Part shown: one piece after another, positions 26,506 to 43,790 of the stretch | Numbering within the stretch: position 1 is the stretch's first letter | How the letters are laid out: each line of letters opens with the position of its first letter | From: Eledone cirrhosa | Lineage: Eukaryota | DNA: 64,000 nucleotides | Assembly (NCBI GenBank): GCA_964016885.1 | Contig: OZ024749.1 | Coordinates: forward strand, 25,606,001 to 25,670,000 | Direction of reading: 5' to 3' | Position numbers and translations under genes: made by a program | The notes under the pieces: model-generated | Seen by the model: the letters and a program-made list of their open reading frames with translations, nothing else | What the model was told of the DNA's origin: nothing | The model's database searches: none

Positions 26506-26968
26506 GTATACGTACATACATATATGTATACAGACGTACAGTAGTATGTATATATATACATACGTGCACACATATATATATGCACGTATCGGTTTATAGA
26601 ACATTTATTATAACGCTCGGTTTGTTTGTTTGTAAACAAACAAACAGCCCGAATTACGCCGTACAGTGTCTAGGCAACCACATCACCTTTTTTTTCAACA
26701 CTGACACAGGAACGATGTACTAGTTTCAAGCTTATTAGCTATCATCAGCATCGTATGCCTTCCTGCCAGATGGTTGAACGTCTGAAAGTATATTCTATCG
26801 TTATGCATATTAACGGCTGAGCAGCCTAATTTGCATATCGAGTGAGTTCAGTCGGTCGGGCACACCGAAAACAATAAATGGAATAGAATGAAATGAAATT
26901 TCATTTCTCACTCATTTAAGTAAGTGCCGTACTAAGAGTGAGAAATTAAATTTCGTTTCATTCTATTC

Positions 26969-27078
<110 letters not shown>

Positions 27079-27256
27079 TATGTATGTTTGTATTTAGATA
27101 CATACTACATATATCCATAGACACAACTATACGTTCGTGCGTACACAATATTTTCTTTATCTACTTCTTACGTCACTTATTCATGTCAAATTCTTGGCGA
27201 CTCGGTTAGATTTCCGCCTATGTAACTCTCTGCCTGTCTAACAATCTGTCTCTTAA

Positions 27257-27336
<80 letters not shown>

Positions 27337-27530
27337 TCTCTCTCTCTCTCTTTCTCCCTCTCTCTCCCTCTCTCTCTCTCTATCTATCTATCTTTGCATT
27401 CTTACCTACCTTCGGGGAGCTATTGGGATATTGTTTGATTGCTTTTGTGATTTATGTTCCTCTCCGAAGATAGGTATATAGGTAAGTCTACATAAATAGA
27501 TCCATAATTAGACAGATAATTAGAAAAAAG

Positions 27531-27570
<40 letters not shown>

Positions 27571-27618
27571 GCGTGTGTGTATGTATGTGTGCGTGTGTAG
27601 TATGTATGTATATATACC

Positions 27619-27985
27619 AAAAGAATGAAGAATATCATGGTCGGCTGTACAATAGGGTTCATTTACAGTATTAACAATTGTTTCTTTAGTCGGGTTAGTC
27701 TAAAAGTCGCTGAAGTTAGAAGTTACGTCATTCGACCTTAATTACCTGACTAAGGAAACAATTGTTAATACTGTAAATAAACCCTATTTTACAGGTGACC
27801 GTGATATTCTTCATTCTTTTGCTATTATTTCTCCAAGAACCACCTGCCTAGGAACTTTCTTAAACCGGCCACCTGATTAAGGAAACTTCTGAGTCAAACA
27901 ACGCCGTACGTTAAAACTATCCTCGATAGAGAGTACTCATAACCTCTAGCTTGATTACCTTAAACGATACCTTGTGATTATAAAT
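27619..27985. mobile_element. (TA)n-flanked inverted-repeat element with a non-canonical HHR-like motif
   Basis: Arms ~27619-27700 and 27740-27820, with CTGACTAAG-GAAA-CAATTG-TT. Confidence 0.6.
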
Positions 27986-28140
27986 ATATATATATATATA
28001 TTTGAAATAGACGCCGAAACGGCTTGAGCTCTGCCGTCGGGGTTAAACTTTTACCCACTCTATTACCCACTCTACTCCCCAAAATATTGAGTACTTTGGT
28101 GCGTTATGGTCCATCTGGTTCCTTACCACACCTCCTTCGT

Positions 28141-28179
<39 letters not shown>

Positions 28180-28811
28180 GGAGGGGCGGCTGCGTGTGTA
28201 TATATGTGTGTATGCATAGAGCAAGAAAGAACGAGAAAAAGAGAGAGCAGGAGAGATACAGAGAGAGAGAGAGAGGGAGAGGGATAGAGAGAGTGAAACA
28301 CATGAAGGTCTTGATTCTATCTTAGAACCCGGACCTCTTTTTGTTGATGAAATTTTATGAAATAAAAAAGAACTTACATACAAGCATACACTACGTATGG
28401 ATATATATATATATATATACATACATGAATACTGAGGCAGATGGTTTATTGCCAAAAGATAGATAGGTAGATAGGTATAGTTAGCTGTTGTTCAACAAGC
28501 TAACAAATGTGGATATCTATTTTCAACAATCAGCTTATGTGAGTGAAAGTCACAGAGAGAGTAATTGAGACAATAATAGTGAGAGAGAGGGTTTGTGTTT
28601 AAGAGAAAGAGAGATGTGGATAGTGCGAGACAGTAAGAGAAATAGATAGATAGATAGCTTGAGAGCGAGAGAGATAAAAAGAGAGAGAGGAAGACAAAAT
28701 CAGAGTATATATATGCTCAAATTATTAATTCCCAAAGAGATAAAGTGATCTAGCAAAAACTGGTTATCTCATGCTTATGTGTTCTAAAATAAAGAACTAT
28801 GTATACACACG

Positions 28812-28855
<44 letters not shown>

Positions 28856-28856
28856 G

Positions 28857-29072
<216 letters not shown>

Positions 29073-29452
29073 GCATTTATGTATGAGTATATACATATAT
29101 GTATGTATATATACATATGCACGGATATATAAAGATTATATAAATAGAGATATGGGAGGAAAGAGAGAAGTAATGGGAAAGAATAAGTGTGAGGAACAAG
29201 CTTGGAGACCGTTTTTCACGTAAAATCTTTCTTTGAGATCTCAAGAGAAATAACGAAAAGAGCGACTGTAAGGGCCGCAGGAATACTGTTCAATTTGTAT
29301 TATATTCATTTCAGTTATTCCATGGAAACTTTTGTGTAGATTTCATGGAATATTTATGGAATAATTTAAATTTAAAACAATATCACAAGATGTAAAACTT
29401 TATACTTTCTATCTCACTCGAGTTCTATATTAGAATATGACTCAGTGTGCAT

Positions 29453-29585
<133 letters not shown>

Positions 29586-29834
29586 TTTATATATATGTAT
29601 GTATATTTTATATATATATTTATATTTACATATATGTGTGTGTGTGTATATTCATAGAATTAATATATTTCAATGTTTTCATCATTATGTATATAACTTT
29701 GCCTTTCATCCTTACTGGGTCGATAAAATAAAGTACCAGTAATGCACTGGGTAATTGCTGGCCTTGTGCCTAAAGTAGAAACAATTATGTACATATTTAT
29801 ATATGTAAGTGTATATATATATATGTATGTATCT

Positions 29835-29930
<96 letters not shown>

Positions 29931-29940
29931 ATATACATAT

Positions 29941-30024
<84 letters not shown>

Positions 30025-30141
30025 ATATATATATATATATATATATAAGTATATATATATATATATATATGTATGTATATATATATATATATATATATAT
30101 ACGAACGCATTTATTGTAACCTTACAACTGTATATATGTAA

Positions 30142-30224
<83 letters not shown>

Positions 30225-30459
30225 GTGTAACTGTAGTTTTAATTGTACGTGTGCCAGTATGTGTTTGTGTATGTTATGTATGTTTATATCAACGCATGCA
30301 TCTGTGTTTTGTTATTCAATCACGGAACAATATGGCGCCTATATAATTTCTATTCTTTTTTTTTTCGTTCAATCTATTTCTAATTTTAGTCACTTTGTTT
30401 TCAATTTCGCATTCCCGAAAGTCTAAAATCTGGATCACCATGTCTTATTTCCTATATAC

Positions 30460-30559
<100 letters not shown>

Positions 30560-30692
30560 GTGTGTGTGTGTGCCTGTGTACGTAGAAGCATTCAGCGGGA
30601 GATATATATATACATATTGTGTGCACAACACTAAAAAAGCATAATCTATAGATTATAATCTTTCATACATATATATATATATATACATACAT

Positions 30693-30745
<53 letters not shown>

Positions 30746-30836
30746 CATACACATATATATATACATACATATACATATATATACACATATATATTTATAC
30801 ATACATACATATATACATATAAATATACATATATAC

Positions 30837-30943
<107 letters not shown>

Positions 30944-31083
30944 TATATATATATGTGTATGTATTTATATATATATATTTATACATACATATAGAAAAAT
31001 AGATAAAGATAGATAGATATTCACACACACGCACATATATATATATATATATATTCACACACACACACATACATATATATATA

Positions 31084-31124
<41 letters not shown>

Positions 31125-31483
31125 TATGTATGTATGCGTGTGTCTGTTAACGCATGCCTGTTAGTGTGTGTTACGAAATAAACTAAGCGAACGTGGAATA
31201 TAATTAAAAGACATGAACGAAGAAGAAGAAAAAAACGGCATAGCATAACGCAGTATAGAGAATATAGAACACAGCAGAATAACAGAATGGCCGAGGAGAA
31301 TAGAATGTTATACATTCTAAGCTGAATTGGAATATTCCAGGAATAGACCAACAAAAGATCTCAACTCTCAGGGAGTGATGTCAACTGTCGGTAAACCGTG
31401 TGTGGTAACATTCGTTATAGAAGCACTATTGTCCAGGCATTAAATACCGTTTCCTAAGAGATAATTTTATTTTAGCTAATAAA

Positions 31484-31496
31484 GTAGTAGTAGTAT

Positions 31497-31574
<78 letters not shown>

Positions 31575-31592
31575 CAGTAGTAATAGTAGTAT

Positions 31593-31645
<53 letters not shown>

Positions 31646-31879
31646 ACATCAGCAGCAGTAGTAGTAGTTATAGGAGTAGCAGCAGCAGCAGTAGAGTAGT
31701 AGTAGTAGCATCAGTAGTAGTAGTAGTAGTAGTAGAAATAGTAGTAGGAGTAGCAATAGTAGTAGTAGCAGTAGTAGTAGTAGCAGTAGTAGTAGTAGTA
31801 GTAGTAGAGTAGGAGTAGTAGTAGTAGCAGCAGCAGTAGTAGTAGTAGTAGTAGTAATAGTAGTAGTAGTAGTAGTAGT

Positions 31880-31911
<32 letters not shown>

Positions 31912-31927
31912 CTGTAGTAGTAGTAAA

Positions 31928-31958
<31 letters not shown>

Positions 31959-31979
31959 TTAGTAGTAGTAGTAGTAGTG

Positions 31980-32010
<31 letters not shown>
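31484..32010. repeat. (AGT)n/(AGC)n compound microsatellite
   Basis: Direct reading. Confidence 0.97.
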
Positions 32011-32012
<2 letters not shown>

Positions 32013-32249
32013 TTAAGTACCAGTCATGTACTGTTTAATTGCTGGCCTTGTGCCAAATATAGAAACAATTATTATTGTTATTGTTGTTACCCAGTTTCTG
32101 GCTTTGCTCTCGACCATTCCTGCGGTTTTATATATTCTATTTCTATATTTATTTTCCAGTTTGCAATTTTCGCGAATGTTTTAAACTAGAAATAAAATAA
32201 TCTGTGTGAGAAAAGCAAACGTAATTTTATTTACTTCCACATTACTCTT

Positions 32250-32315
<66 letters not shown>

Positions 32316-32316
32316 G

Positions 32317-33108
<792 letters not shown>

Positions 33109-33775
33109 ATATATATATATATATATGTATATTTATATATATGTATATATGCATATAGATATATATGTATGTATCTATAATCTATATATATGTGTGTATA
33201 TGTTTGTCTGATGGTAGCTAAGATGCTTCCATAGGCGGTATACCGGCTGAGCACTCTATATTCCTACAGAGCAGAGTATGATATAATATAAAACGAAAAA
33301 TCAGTGATGCATCTGAACTCAATTTATTGTGTGTTACAATTGTTTCGGCGGCGGACAGCTCGAGACACGATCATTGTGTGGATCTGTCTGATTCTGGATC
33401 CGCAGGTTCGACGGACACGTCTAATGACTTCGGCACAAATTCTGGGGTGTTAGCGTCAAATACTTCATCCTCTTCGTGCGTCCTGTTATTGGCCGCTGTT
33501 TGTTACTTCATCATAATTCTGACCAACAGCTATCACTCGGCTCACCATCAACTGTCCCGTGTTTGCCACACTTCGATGAAATACTGCTGGGTTTGGTAGT
33601 TCACACGTCTACGCGCGCACTTACACACAAATACACACACACACATAGAGACACAACCACATAGATAACGACAGTCGTACGCGTAGACTCCCGCTATACA
33701 CACACATTTAAGGAGAACATATAAACCTATAAACATACGCATACACAGACGCCTGCCTACATGCCTATATACACC

Positions 33776-33822
<47 letters not shown>

Positions 33823-33870
33823 GTACACACATGCATACGCGCATATATACCCGTATACACAAACTCGTAC

Positions 33871-34255
33871 ATGATATTAATAAATGGAGACTATATTTAT
33901 AAAACCATATTTATTCTATTATATATATTTCAAGGGTACCAAAACTTTGGTACGCTCTCATCAGATAAACTAAAAAGTTTGTTTGATAAATATTGACATA
34001 TCCAGGAATGAGACCTTAACGGTTCAAGTTTCACGTCAATATTTATAAAACAAACTTTGTAATTTCTCTGATGAGTGTGAACCAAAATTTTGGTACCATG
34101 GAATATATATAATAGAATGAATATGGTTTTATAAATATATTCTCCATTTATTAATGTCATTGATATTATACTCCAGAAATCTTGTCGAGTGCTTCGAATC
34201 TGTTATAAATTTATATATTTGTTGAATTACCAACAAATTAAATATCCCTTGGCTT
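33871..34255. mobile_element. Inverted-repeat HHR element, family H4
   Basis: Arms ~33871-34000 and 34030-34160. The minus-strand HHR at 33915-33969 reads TTTAT-CTGATGA-GAGCGTACCAAAGTTTTGGTACCCTT-GAAA-TATATA-TA-ATAGA. The + copy is degenerate. Confidence 0.78.
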
Positions 34256-34270
34256 ATATATATATATATA

Positions 34271-35198
<928 letters not shown>

Positions 35199-35422
35199 AT
35201 ATTTATCCTTTACGCTCTTTCCTTCATTCCTCTACACGCTACTGTCTTATACACGCCACGCATCTCAACGTACACCCACTTACATATCTCTCTCTCCACC
35301 ACCGGATCTTGTTACCCGGAGATTTACCCATTGCATTGTCGAGGCTTCCAAACGACTTAAAGAAATTTACCTTATTATTCCACAATGCAAACTTCAATAC
35401 TCTCATATATATATATATATAT

Positions 35423-35640
35423 AGGAACAAGTATGACCCCGACGGCAGAGCTCAAGCCGTTTCGACGGCTATTTCTGGACTGAAATAGCCGTCGATACGG
35501 CTTGAGCTCTGCCGTCGGGGTCATACGTGTTCCTATTACCCACTGTACTACCCTAAGTATTGAGTCCTTTGGTGCGTTATGGTCCACATGGTTCCTTACC
35601 ACATTTCCTTCGTTATATATATATATATATATATATATGC

Positions 35641-35714
<74 letters not shown>

Positions 35715-35957
35715 CACAGATATATATGTATATATATGTATATATATATATATATATAAATGAAAGGTATAGAAAACATTGTAGCGAAAAGCCAACAGTA
35801 TTCCATAATAAATAAGTGACTATAGCGTCAAAATGGGAAAAATAGTTAACGTAAGATGTGGGAAAAATAATTCAAACTCATCTGAAAGAGAATCAGGATA
35901 TAGATTCATCCACAGATAAATATATGGTCCATCTGGTTCCTTACCGCAATTCCTTCG

Positions 35958-35960
<3 letters not shown>
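35423..35960. repeat. H6 palindrome plus adjacent block duplicated from 21367-21870
   Basis: Near identity, including the interrupted (TA)n spacer and the AAATGAAAGGTATAG...CACAGATAAATA segment. Confidence 0.88.
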
Positions 35961-36004
<44 letters not shown>

Positions 36005-36008
<4 letters not shown>

Positions 36009-36606
36009 GGAGGTGAGTTTTATTGTAGTACAATAAAGCAATGCAGATATCGGATAAGAAGCACTCTACAGTTTGTAGGACTGGGGTATAAATAATATAT
36101 AAGATCAAAAGATGGTTAAAAGAGTTCCATGTATTTTATTGTGCGCATTTCAAAAACAAATATCAACATGCAATAACATTTGCGTTTTCGTCAGATAAAA
36201 TAGGGAGACATGATATGAAGGTTAAAACACACTTGTGAATAGTGCAGTTTTAAATCAACATATGAAAAGTAGTTTTAGATTGATGTGTGATATTGGGAAA
36301 ACAAATGTTGAGGGGGAGGTTGGAAAGGATGAAAAAGAGGTTTTACTCTCATCTCCTCCTCTTTTTCATCCTTTTCAACCTCCCCGCTCCTCAACATTTT
36401 TTTTGCCAATATCACACATCAATCTAAAACTACTTTTCATATGTTGATTTAAAACTGCACTATTCACAAGTGTGTTTTAACCTCATATCATGTCTCCCTA
36501 TTTTATCTGACGAAAACGCAAATGTTATTGCATGATGATATTTGTTTTTGAAATGCGCATAATAAAATACAGGGAACTCTTTTAACCATCTTTTGATCTT
36601 ATATAT

Positions 36607-36610
<4 letters not shown>
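36005..36610. mobile_element. Large inverted-repeat HHR element, family H2
   Basis: Arms of ~250 bp (36092-36340 and 36358-36608) plus a tail at 36005-36091. Confidence 0.88.
36499..36569 (+). ncRNA. Type I hammerhead ribozyme motif (H2)
   Basis: TATTTTAT-CTGACGA-AAACGCAAATG..TATTTGTTTTT-GAAA-TGCGCA-TA-ATAAAATA. Stem I is 8 bp and stem III is the palindrome ATGCGCAT. Confidence 0.8.
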
Positions 36611-36680
<70 letters not shown>

Positions 36681-36802
36681 ACTCTCTGCCTCACGTAACC
36701 TCTCTGGTTCGCACTCTCTACTTCTTTCCTCCAAGAAACTCTTTCTCTGTCTCTCTCTCTTTCCTTCTCAATCTACCATACCCTTATCTATTTATCTATC
36801 CA

Positions 36803-36895
<93 letters not shown>

Positions 36896-36897
<2 letters not shown>

Positions 36898-37085
36898 TAT
36901 AGGTTTAAAGAATTAGCTTTTAATGAATTCCCTTTCCTATCAACCAATGATCTCTAGCCATCCCACTCCCCACCCTCTCCTACCACCCGAAGAGGCCTAT
37001 AAATACCATATTTATTTTTTGATACCCAGATTCCTGATGATTTCTAAAGAATGAAACATTTCTAGTCCTGTAGAATCTCATCTAT
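36896..37085 (+). mobile_element. Non-inverted H5 copy with upstream sequence; HHR at 37028-37078
   Basis: AGATTC-CTGATGA-TTTCTAAAGAAT-GAAA-CATTTCTAGTCCTG-TA-GAATCT, with one stem III mismatch. Confidence 0.75.
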
Positions 37086-37099
37086 ATATATATACCTAT

Positions 37100-37595
37100 C
37101 TACCTATGATCAAACCGCCACACTCCTTCAAAAACGAGGGAAAAGCGGTTTTCCTATGTGTGATAGCTATGGTGAAAGAAGTTATATGTTGGACGAGGTT
37201 AAAAGGTCTGAGGTCAGACACCTTTCTCCCAGTCGAACAACTGATTCGTTTTTGCAAATATCCTTTTGGAAGAAGAATCAGGATGGAGAGAGAGGTGCTG
37301 TACCCAAGAAAATGTTATAAAAGGTGGGTGAATGTGGCAAAGATAGCCCGAGTGGTTGGGCCTTCTCTCTATATAAGCCTGTAGGTTGAGGAACAAGAGG
37401 AAGGGAGTACTCACTCTTGGTGCTCCTGGAGATGAGAGTTGTACATTTTTTCGGGGTGTGTAAAATCCCAGTGTAACGCCTCCCCCCCTATTGGGGATTT
37501 CAATTGTTATTTGATATTTTATTAATAGTTTTATTTTCATATACCTGTATGTAAACTCCCCCTTTGTATTTGTCCCCTTCTTTTGTGCCCTTGTG
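37100..37595 (+). mobile_element. Diverged 3' fragment of an L1/Tx1-like element
   Basis: EGKAVFLCVIAMVKEVICWTRLKGL..MEREVL..RWV..ARV.GP aligns with the end of 18696-19163. The 3'UTR shares CCCCCCTATTGGGGA. Confidence 0.8.
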
Positions 37596-37729
37596 GCACT
37601 ATCTATCTATCTACCTATCTATCAATCTATCTACCTATCTACCTATCTATCTATCTATATCTTTCCCTCTATATCTCTATATCTCTATCTCTATCTCTCT
37701 ATATCTTTCACTCTTCCTCTCTTTCTCCC

Positions 37730-38950
<1,221 letters not shown>

Positions 38951-39343
38951 CTCTCGTTCTCTCGTTGTTTTCAATCTACCCTTCTCTTATTGTTAGAAAT
39001 ACTCCTTGGTAAAATAGTTTAGAAACAATCATACACATGAGATGAATTTTGTATCTGAGGAAATTAGAAGTAATATTAGTATGGTGAATAGGAGGAAAGA
39101 GTAGAACAAGATTTAGAAAACAAATATGTCGGACAAATAGATGGATTAAGAAGAACAGGAAAACGAACAGACACACACTTATGAAAGTAGTGCATATACA
39201 TACACATACACACACACACATATATGTATGTATATATGTATGTATATATGTAGATATATGTGTGTGCGTGTGTGTGTATACATACATACATATATTTGTA
39301 TATATATATATATGTGTCGTGTGTACACACATATATCGTATTT

Positions 39344-39387
<44 letters not shown>

Positions 39388-39388
<1 letters not shown>

Positions 39389-39569
39389 TACGTTATTCCG
39401 GGTTGAATCGGAGGTAACCACAGCAAGTAAGGTACTCAATACATAGCAGAGCATAAAAGTTTTAATATAGGTGAGATTCTACAGGACTAGAATTGTTTCA
39501 TTCTTCAGACATCATCAGGAATCTGATGATTTCTGAAGAATGAAACAGTTCTAGTCCTGTAGAATCTCA

Positions 39570-39575
<6 letters not shown>
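39388..39575. mobile_element. Inverted-repeat HHR element, family H5 (long arm on -)
   Basis: Centre CATCAGGAATCTGATG at ~39520; CTGATGA..GAAA..CTG-TA-GAATCT is present on both strands. Confidence 0.82.
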
Positions 39576-39618
<43 letters not shown>

Positions 39619-40161
39619 GTTTATATATTTATGTGTGTGTGAGTGTGTATGTGTGTGTATGTATATGAATATATATATATATATATATATGTGTGTGTAT
39701 AGGTGTAAGCATGTATGTATATATCTTATTAATATTATAGGAATAGTTTCCGTGTGAGCTTCAGATTTCACATGTGTAATGATAAAAATACACATTTCCT
39801 TTTTCGATTTTATTTTTCTTATAGATTTGAATAGAAACTTACATTTGTAACGTGAGTGTGTCTCTAGTTCAATTGTGTGAAGCACATGTCTATATATAAA
39901 TCTGTGTACTTACGTGTATATATATATGAATGTGTGTGTGTGTGTATATGTGTATGTGTGTGTATGAATACATGAACATGTGTTGGTGTGAATATATGAA
40001 CATGTGTGTGTATGCGTATATAGTTAGGTGCTCGTACCACAGATAAATTTCGATATATATGTATGGAGATAGATAACCTTGTAACTAAATATATATATGC
40101 ACATATCGATGAATTAACAGGGCAGAACCCATCACACATTCCTGCTTTTTCTGCCTAAATT

Positions 40162-40222
40162 CTTACTGCCTGATGAGGTCACAGACAATAATGGCTGTCA
40201 CTGAAATATGTATAACAGCGAA
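40162..40222 (+). ncRNA. Degenerate hammerhead motif (H9)
   Basis: CTGC-CTGATGA-GGTCACAGACAATAATGGCTGTCACT-GAAA-TATGTA-TA-ACAG, with imperfect stems. Confidence 0.55.
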
Positions 40223-40276
40223 TTGGAATAAACGAAGCCAACTTTAACATGTTTGACTTACACTTATTATTTTATA

Positions 40277-40551
40277 TTGGCAGTATCGGTTGGGGGTCGG
40301 ACGCCATGCTTTGATGCATAGAGTTACGGCCCTTGCCATTCTGAGTTCAAATCCCGCCGAGGTTAACTTTACCTTTCATCCTTACGGGGTCGATAAAATA
40401 AAGTACCAGTAATGTACTGGGTATTTGCTGGCCTTGTGCCAAAAGTAGAAACAATTATTTAACTTTACCTTTCATCCTTACGGGGTCGATAAAATAAAGT
40501 ACCAGTAATGTACTGGGTATTTGCTGGCCTTGTGCCAAAAGTAGAAACAAT

Positions 40552-40556
<5 letters not shown>
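40277..40556 (+). mobile_element. SINE family 1 with tandemly duplicated 3' half
   Basis: Head GGCAGTATCGGT and B-box GAGTTCAAATCC; core and tail occur twice. Confidence 0.87.
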
Positions 40557-40635
<79 letters not shown>

Positions 40636-40669
40636 AGAGAGAGAGATAGAGATATTGATTGGTTTTGAG

Positions 40670-41020
40670 TTTCATACGATCAAAATAGATCTTCCGTACA
40701 GGGACAACAGAGCATCAAGCTGCTGTCCATCGACAACTCGGGTGAAACGAGGTCGTATGCCTTTCGATATCCTGCGAAACACCCATAAACATCTTGGCAG
40801 CATTCCCACGATTTCCCGAGAATTCCCTACAGCACAGAATAAACATTTGAACAACCAGGTTTTTTAACTCGACAATATCCTTACAACTCTTTGTTAGACA
40901 ATTAGTATAGACTTTACAGAGGACGCTTCACAAGAGGATTCCTCCATAATTAGGGCAACGTTCATATTCAAAAGTTGGGATCGTCACTCCCTATTGTCAT
41001 TGGTTTGGTGTCTTTACAGT
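40670..41020 (-). pseudogene. Decayed LINE (RTE/CR1-like) reverse transcriptase fragment
   Basis: Manual translation across frameshifts gives CPNYGG..SVLCKVYTNCL, QMFIL and YGCFAGYRKAYDLV, resembling the NYRGIxLLS..KVY and FVDYxKAYD RT motifs. Confidence 0.55.
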
Positions 41021-41120
41021 GATCCAAGCAACTTGACATACACGTTTCATCAAAAGATACCTTCTGTATGTAGCCTTTTAACATCTTGGGTCGTATTTCA
41101 TCCTCCAGATTACTTTACTG

Positions 41121-41340
41121 AAGGTGTGTGGCTGAGTGGTTAGAGAATATGATTCGTTATCGTAAAGTTGTGATTTCGATTCCAGGGCCGGGCGATGCGT
41201 TATGTATTTGAGTAAGACACTTTATTTCACGTTGTCCTTCTAGCTAGAGTTGCGACCGATCGAAATTATTAACAATTGGAAAGACCAATGGAAACATTGC
41301 TTCCACGGTCCGATTTGACGAAAGTCGATCGACTGTCGAT
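41121..41340 (+). mobile_element. tRNA-derived SINE family 2
   Basis: TGGCTGAGTGGTTAG, TTCGATTCC and TTGAGTAAGACACTTTATT; homologous to 20021-20215. Confidence 0.8.
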
Positions 41341-41369
41341 ATTACTTACTTTGCTCTGGTGAACTCACA

Positions 41370-43578
41370 ATTTTTTTTATTTGGGTGCCCGTTTTTTATT
41401 TGAGTGCCCCGTTTTTTTATTTGGGTGCCCCGTTTTTTTATGGGCGGGGGTCCGTTTTTTATTTGGGTGGCCCGTTTTTTAATTTAGGTGCCAGCTTTTT
41501 TTATTTGGGTGCCCCGTCTTTTTATTTGGGTGCCCCTTTTTTATTTGGGTGCACCGTTTTTTAATTTGGGTGCCCCGTTTTTATTTGGGTACCCCGTTTT
41601 TTTATGGGCGGGGGGTCCGTTTTTTATTTGGGTGCCTCGTTTTTTATTTGGGTGCTCCGTTTTTTTATTTGTGTGCCCGTTTTTTATTTGGGTGCCCCGT
41701 TTTTATTTGGGTGCCCCGTTTTTTATTTGGGTGCCCCGTTTTTTATTTGGATGCCCGTTCTTTTTATTTTGGGGCCCCGTTTTTTATTTGGGTGCCTGTT
41801 TTTTTATGGGGGGTTCCGTTTTTTATTAGGGTGCACCGTTTTTTTATTTGGGTGCTCCGTTTCTTATTTGGGTGCCCCGTTTTTTTATGGGGGGGGGGTA
41901 CGTTTTTTATTTGGGTGAGCCGTTTTTTATTTGGGTGCCCCTTTTTATTTGGGTGACCCGTTTATTATTTGGGTGCCCCGTTTCTTTATTTGGATGCCGG
42001 TTTTTTTATGGTTGGGTGGGTCCGTTTTATATTTGGGTGCCCCGTTTTTTATGGGGAGGGTCCGCTTTTTATTTGGGTGCCCTGTTTTTTATTTGGGTCC
42101 CCCGTTTTTTTATTTGGGTGCCCGTTTTTTTATGGGGGGGGCTTTTTTATGGGGGGTACCGTTTTTTATTTGGGTGCCCCGTTTTTTATTTGGGTGTCCC
42201 GTTTTTTATTTGGGTGTCCGGTTTTTTTATTTACGTGCCCCGTTTTTCTATTTGGGTGCCCCGTTCTTTTTATTTGGGTACCCCGTTTTTTATGGGGGGG
42301 GGGGCTTTTTATATTTGCGTGCCCCGTTCTTTTTATTTGGGTACCCCGTTTTTTATGGGGGGGGGGGCTTTTTATTTACGTGCCCCGTTTTTCATTTGGA
42401 TGCCCCGTTTTTTTTATTTGGGTGCCCGTTTTTCTATGGGGGCGGTCCTTTTTTTTTTTATTTGGGTGCCCCGTTTTTTTATGGGGGGGTCCTTTTATAT
42501 TTGGATACCCCGATTTTTATTTGGGTGCCCCGTTTTTTATGGGGGGGGGTCCGTTTTTTATTTGCGTGCCCCGTTTTTTTATTTCGGGGCCCGGTTTTTT
42601 TATTTGGGTGCCGGTTTTTTTATTTGGGTGCCCCGTTTTATATTTGGGTGCCCCGTTTTTTTATTTGGGTGCCCCGTTTTTTATTTGGTTGCCCCGTTTT
42701 TTATTTGGGTGCCTCGTTTTGGGGGGGGGCCGTTTCTTTATTTGGGCGCCGGTTTTTTATGGGTGGGTCCGTTTTTTATTTGGGTGCCCGTTTTTTATGG
42801 GGGGGATTCGTTTTTTATTTGGGTGCCCCGTTTTTTTTATTTGGGTGCCCCGTTTTTTATTTGGGTGCCCCGTTTTTTATTTGGGTGCCCAGTTTTTTAT
42901 TTGGGTGCCCGTTTTTTATGGGGGCGAACCGTTTTTTATTTGGGTGCCCTGTTTTTTATTTGGGTGCGCCGTTTTTTATTTGGGTGCCCCGTTTTTTATT
43001 TGGGTGTCGCGTTTTTTTTATTTGGGTGCCCCGTTTTTTATTTGGGTGCCTCGTTTTTTTTATTTGGGTGCCCCGTTTTTTATTTGAGTGCCCCGTTTTT
43101 TATTTGGGTGCCCGTTTTTTATGGGGGCGAACCGTTTTTTTATTTGGGTGCCCTGTTTTTTATTTGGGTGCCCCGTTTTTTATTTGGGTGCCCCGTTTTT
43201 TATTTGGGTGTCGCGTTTTTTTTATTTGGGTGCCCCGTTTTTTATTTGGGTGCCTCGTTTTTTTTATTTGGGTGCCCCGTTTTTTATTTGAGTGCCCCGT
43301 TTTTTATTTGGGTGCCCGTTTTTTTATGGGGGGGCGTTTTTATTTGGGTGCCCTGTTTTTATTTGGTTGCCCCGTTTTTTATTTGGGTGCCCCGTTTTTT
43401 TATTTGGGTACCGTTTTTTTATCGGGCGCGGGAGGGGGGTCCGTTTTTTATTTGGGTGCCCGTTTTTTATTTGGGTGCCCCGTTTTTTATTTGGGTGCCC
43501 CGTCTTTTATTTGGTGCCCCGTTTTTTTATTTGGATTTTTTATTTGGATTTTTTTTATTTGGATTTTTTTATTTGGAT
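41370..43578. repeat. ~20-bp satellite (TTTTTTATTTGGGTGCCCCG)n, roughly 110 units
   Basis: Direct reading, with an interspersed ATGGGGGGG variant and a ~204-bp higher-order duplication near 42910-43320. Confidence 0.97.
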
Positions 43579-43790
43579 TGGCAGTATATGTAGAGAGTCG
43601 GACGCCATGATTTGCAGCATAGAGTTATGACCCTTTATGATCTGAGTTCAATCCCGCCGAGGATAACTTTGACTTTCATCCTTACGGGGTTGATAAAATA
43701 AAGAACCTATCACGCACTGGGGTCAATTTAATCGACTTTCCTCTCCCCCAAAATTGCTGGCCTTGTGCCTATATAAGAAACCATTATCTT
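43579..43790 (+). mobile_element. SINE family 1, full length
   Basis: Head, B-box, core and tail are all present. Confidence 0.85.

Noticed and set aside
41121-41200. tRNA gene
   Set aside because: A/B boxes are present but there is no clean cloverleaf, and the sequence continues into a SINE body shared with 20021-20215.
41488-43630. ORFs up to 581 aa
   Set aside because: They are open in all three frames because the satellite lacks stop codons on this strand.
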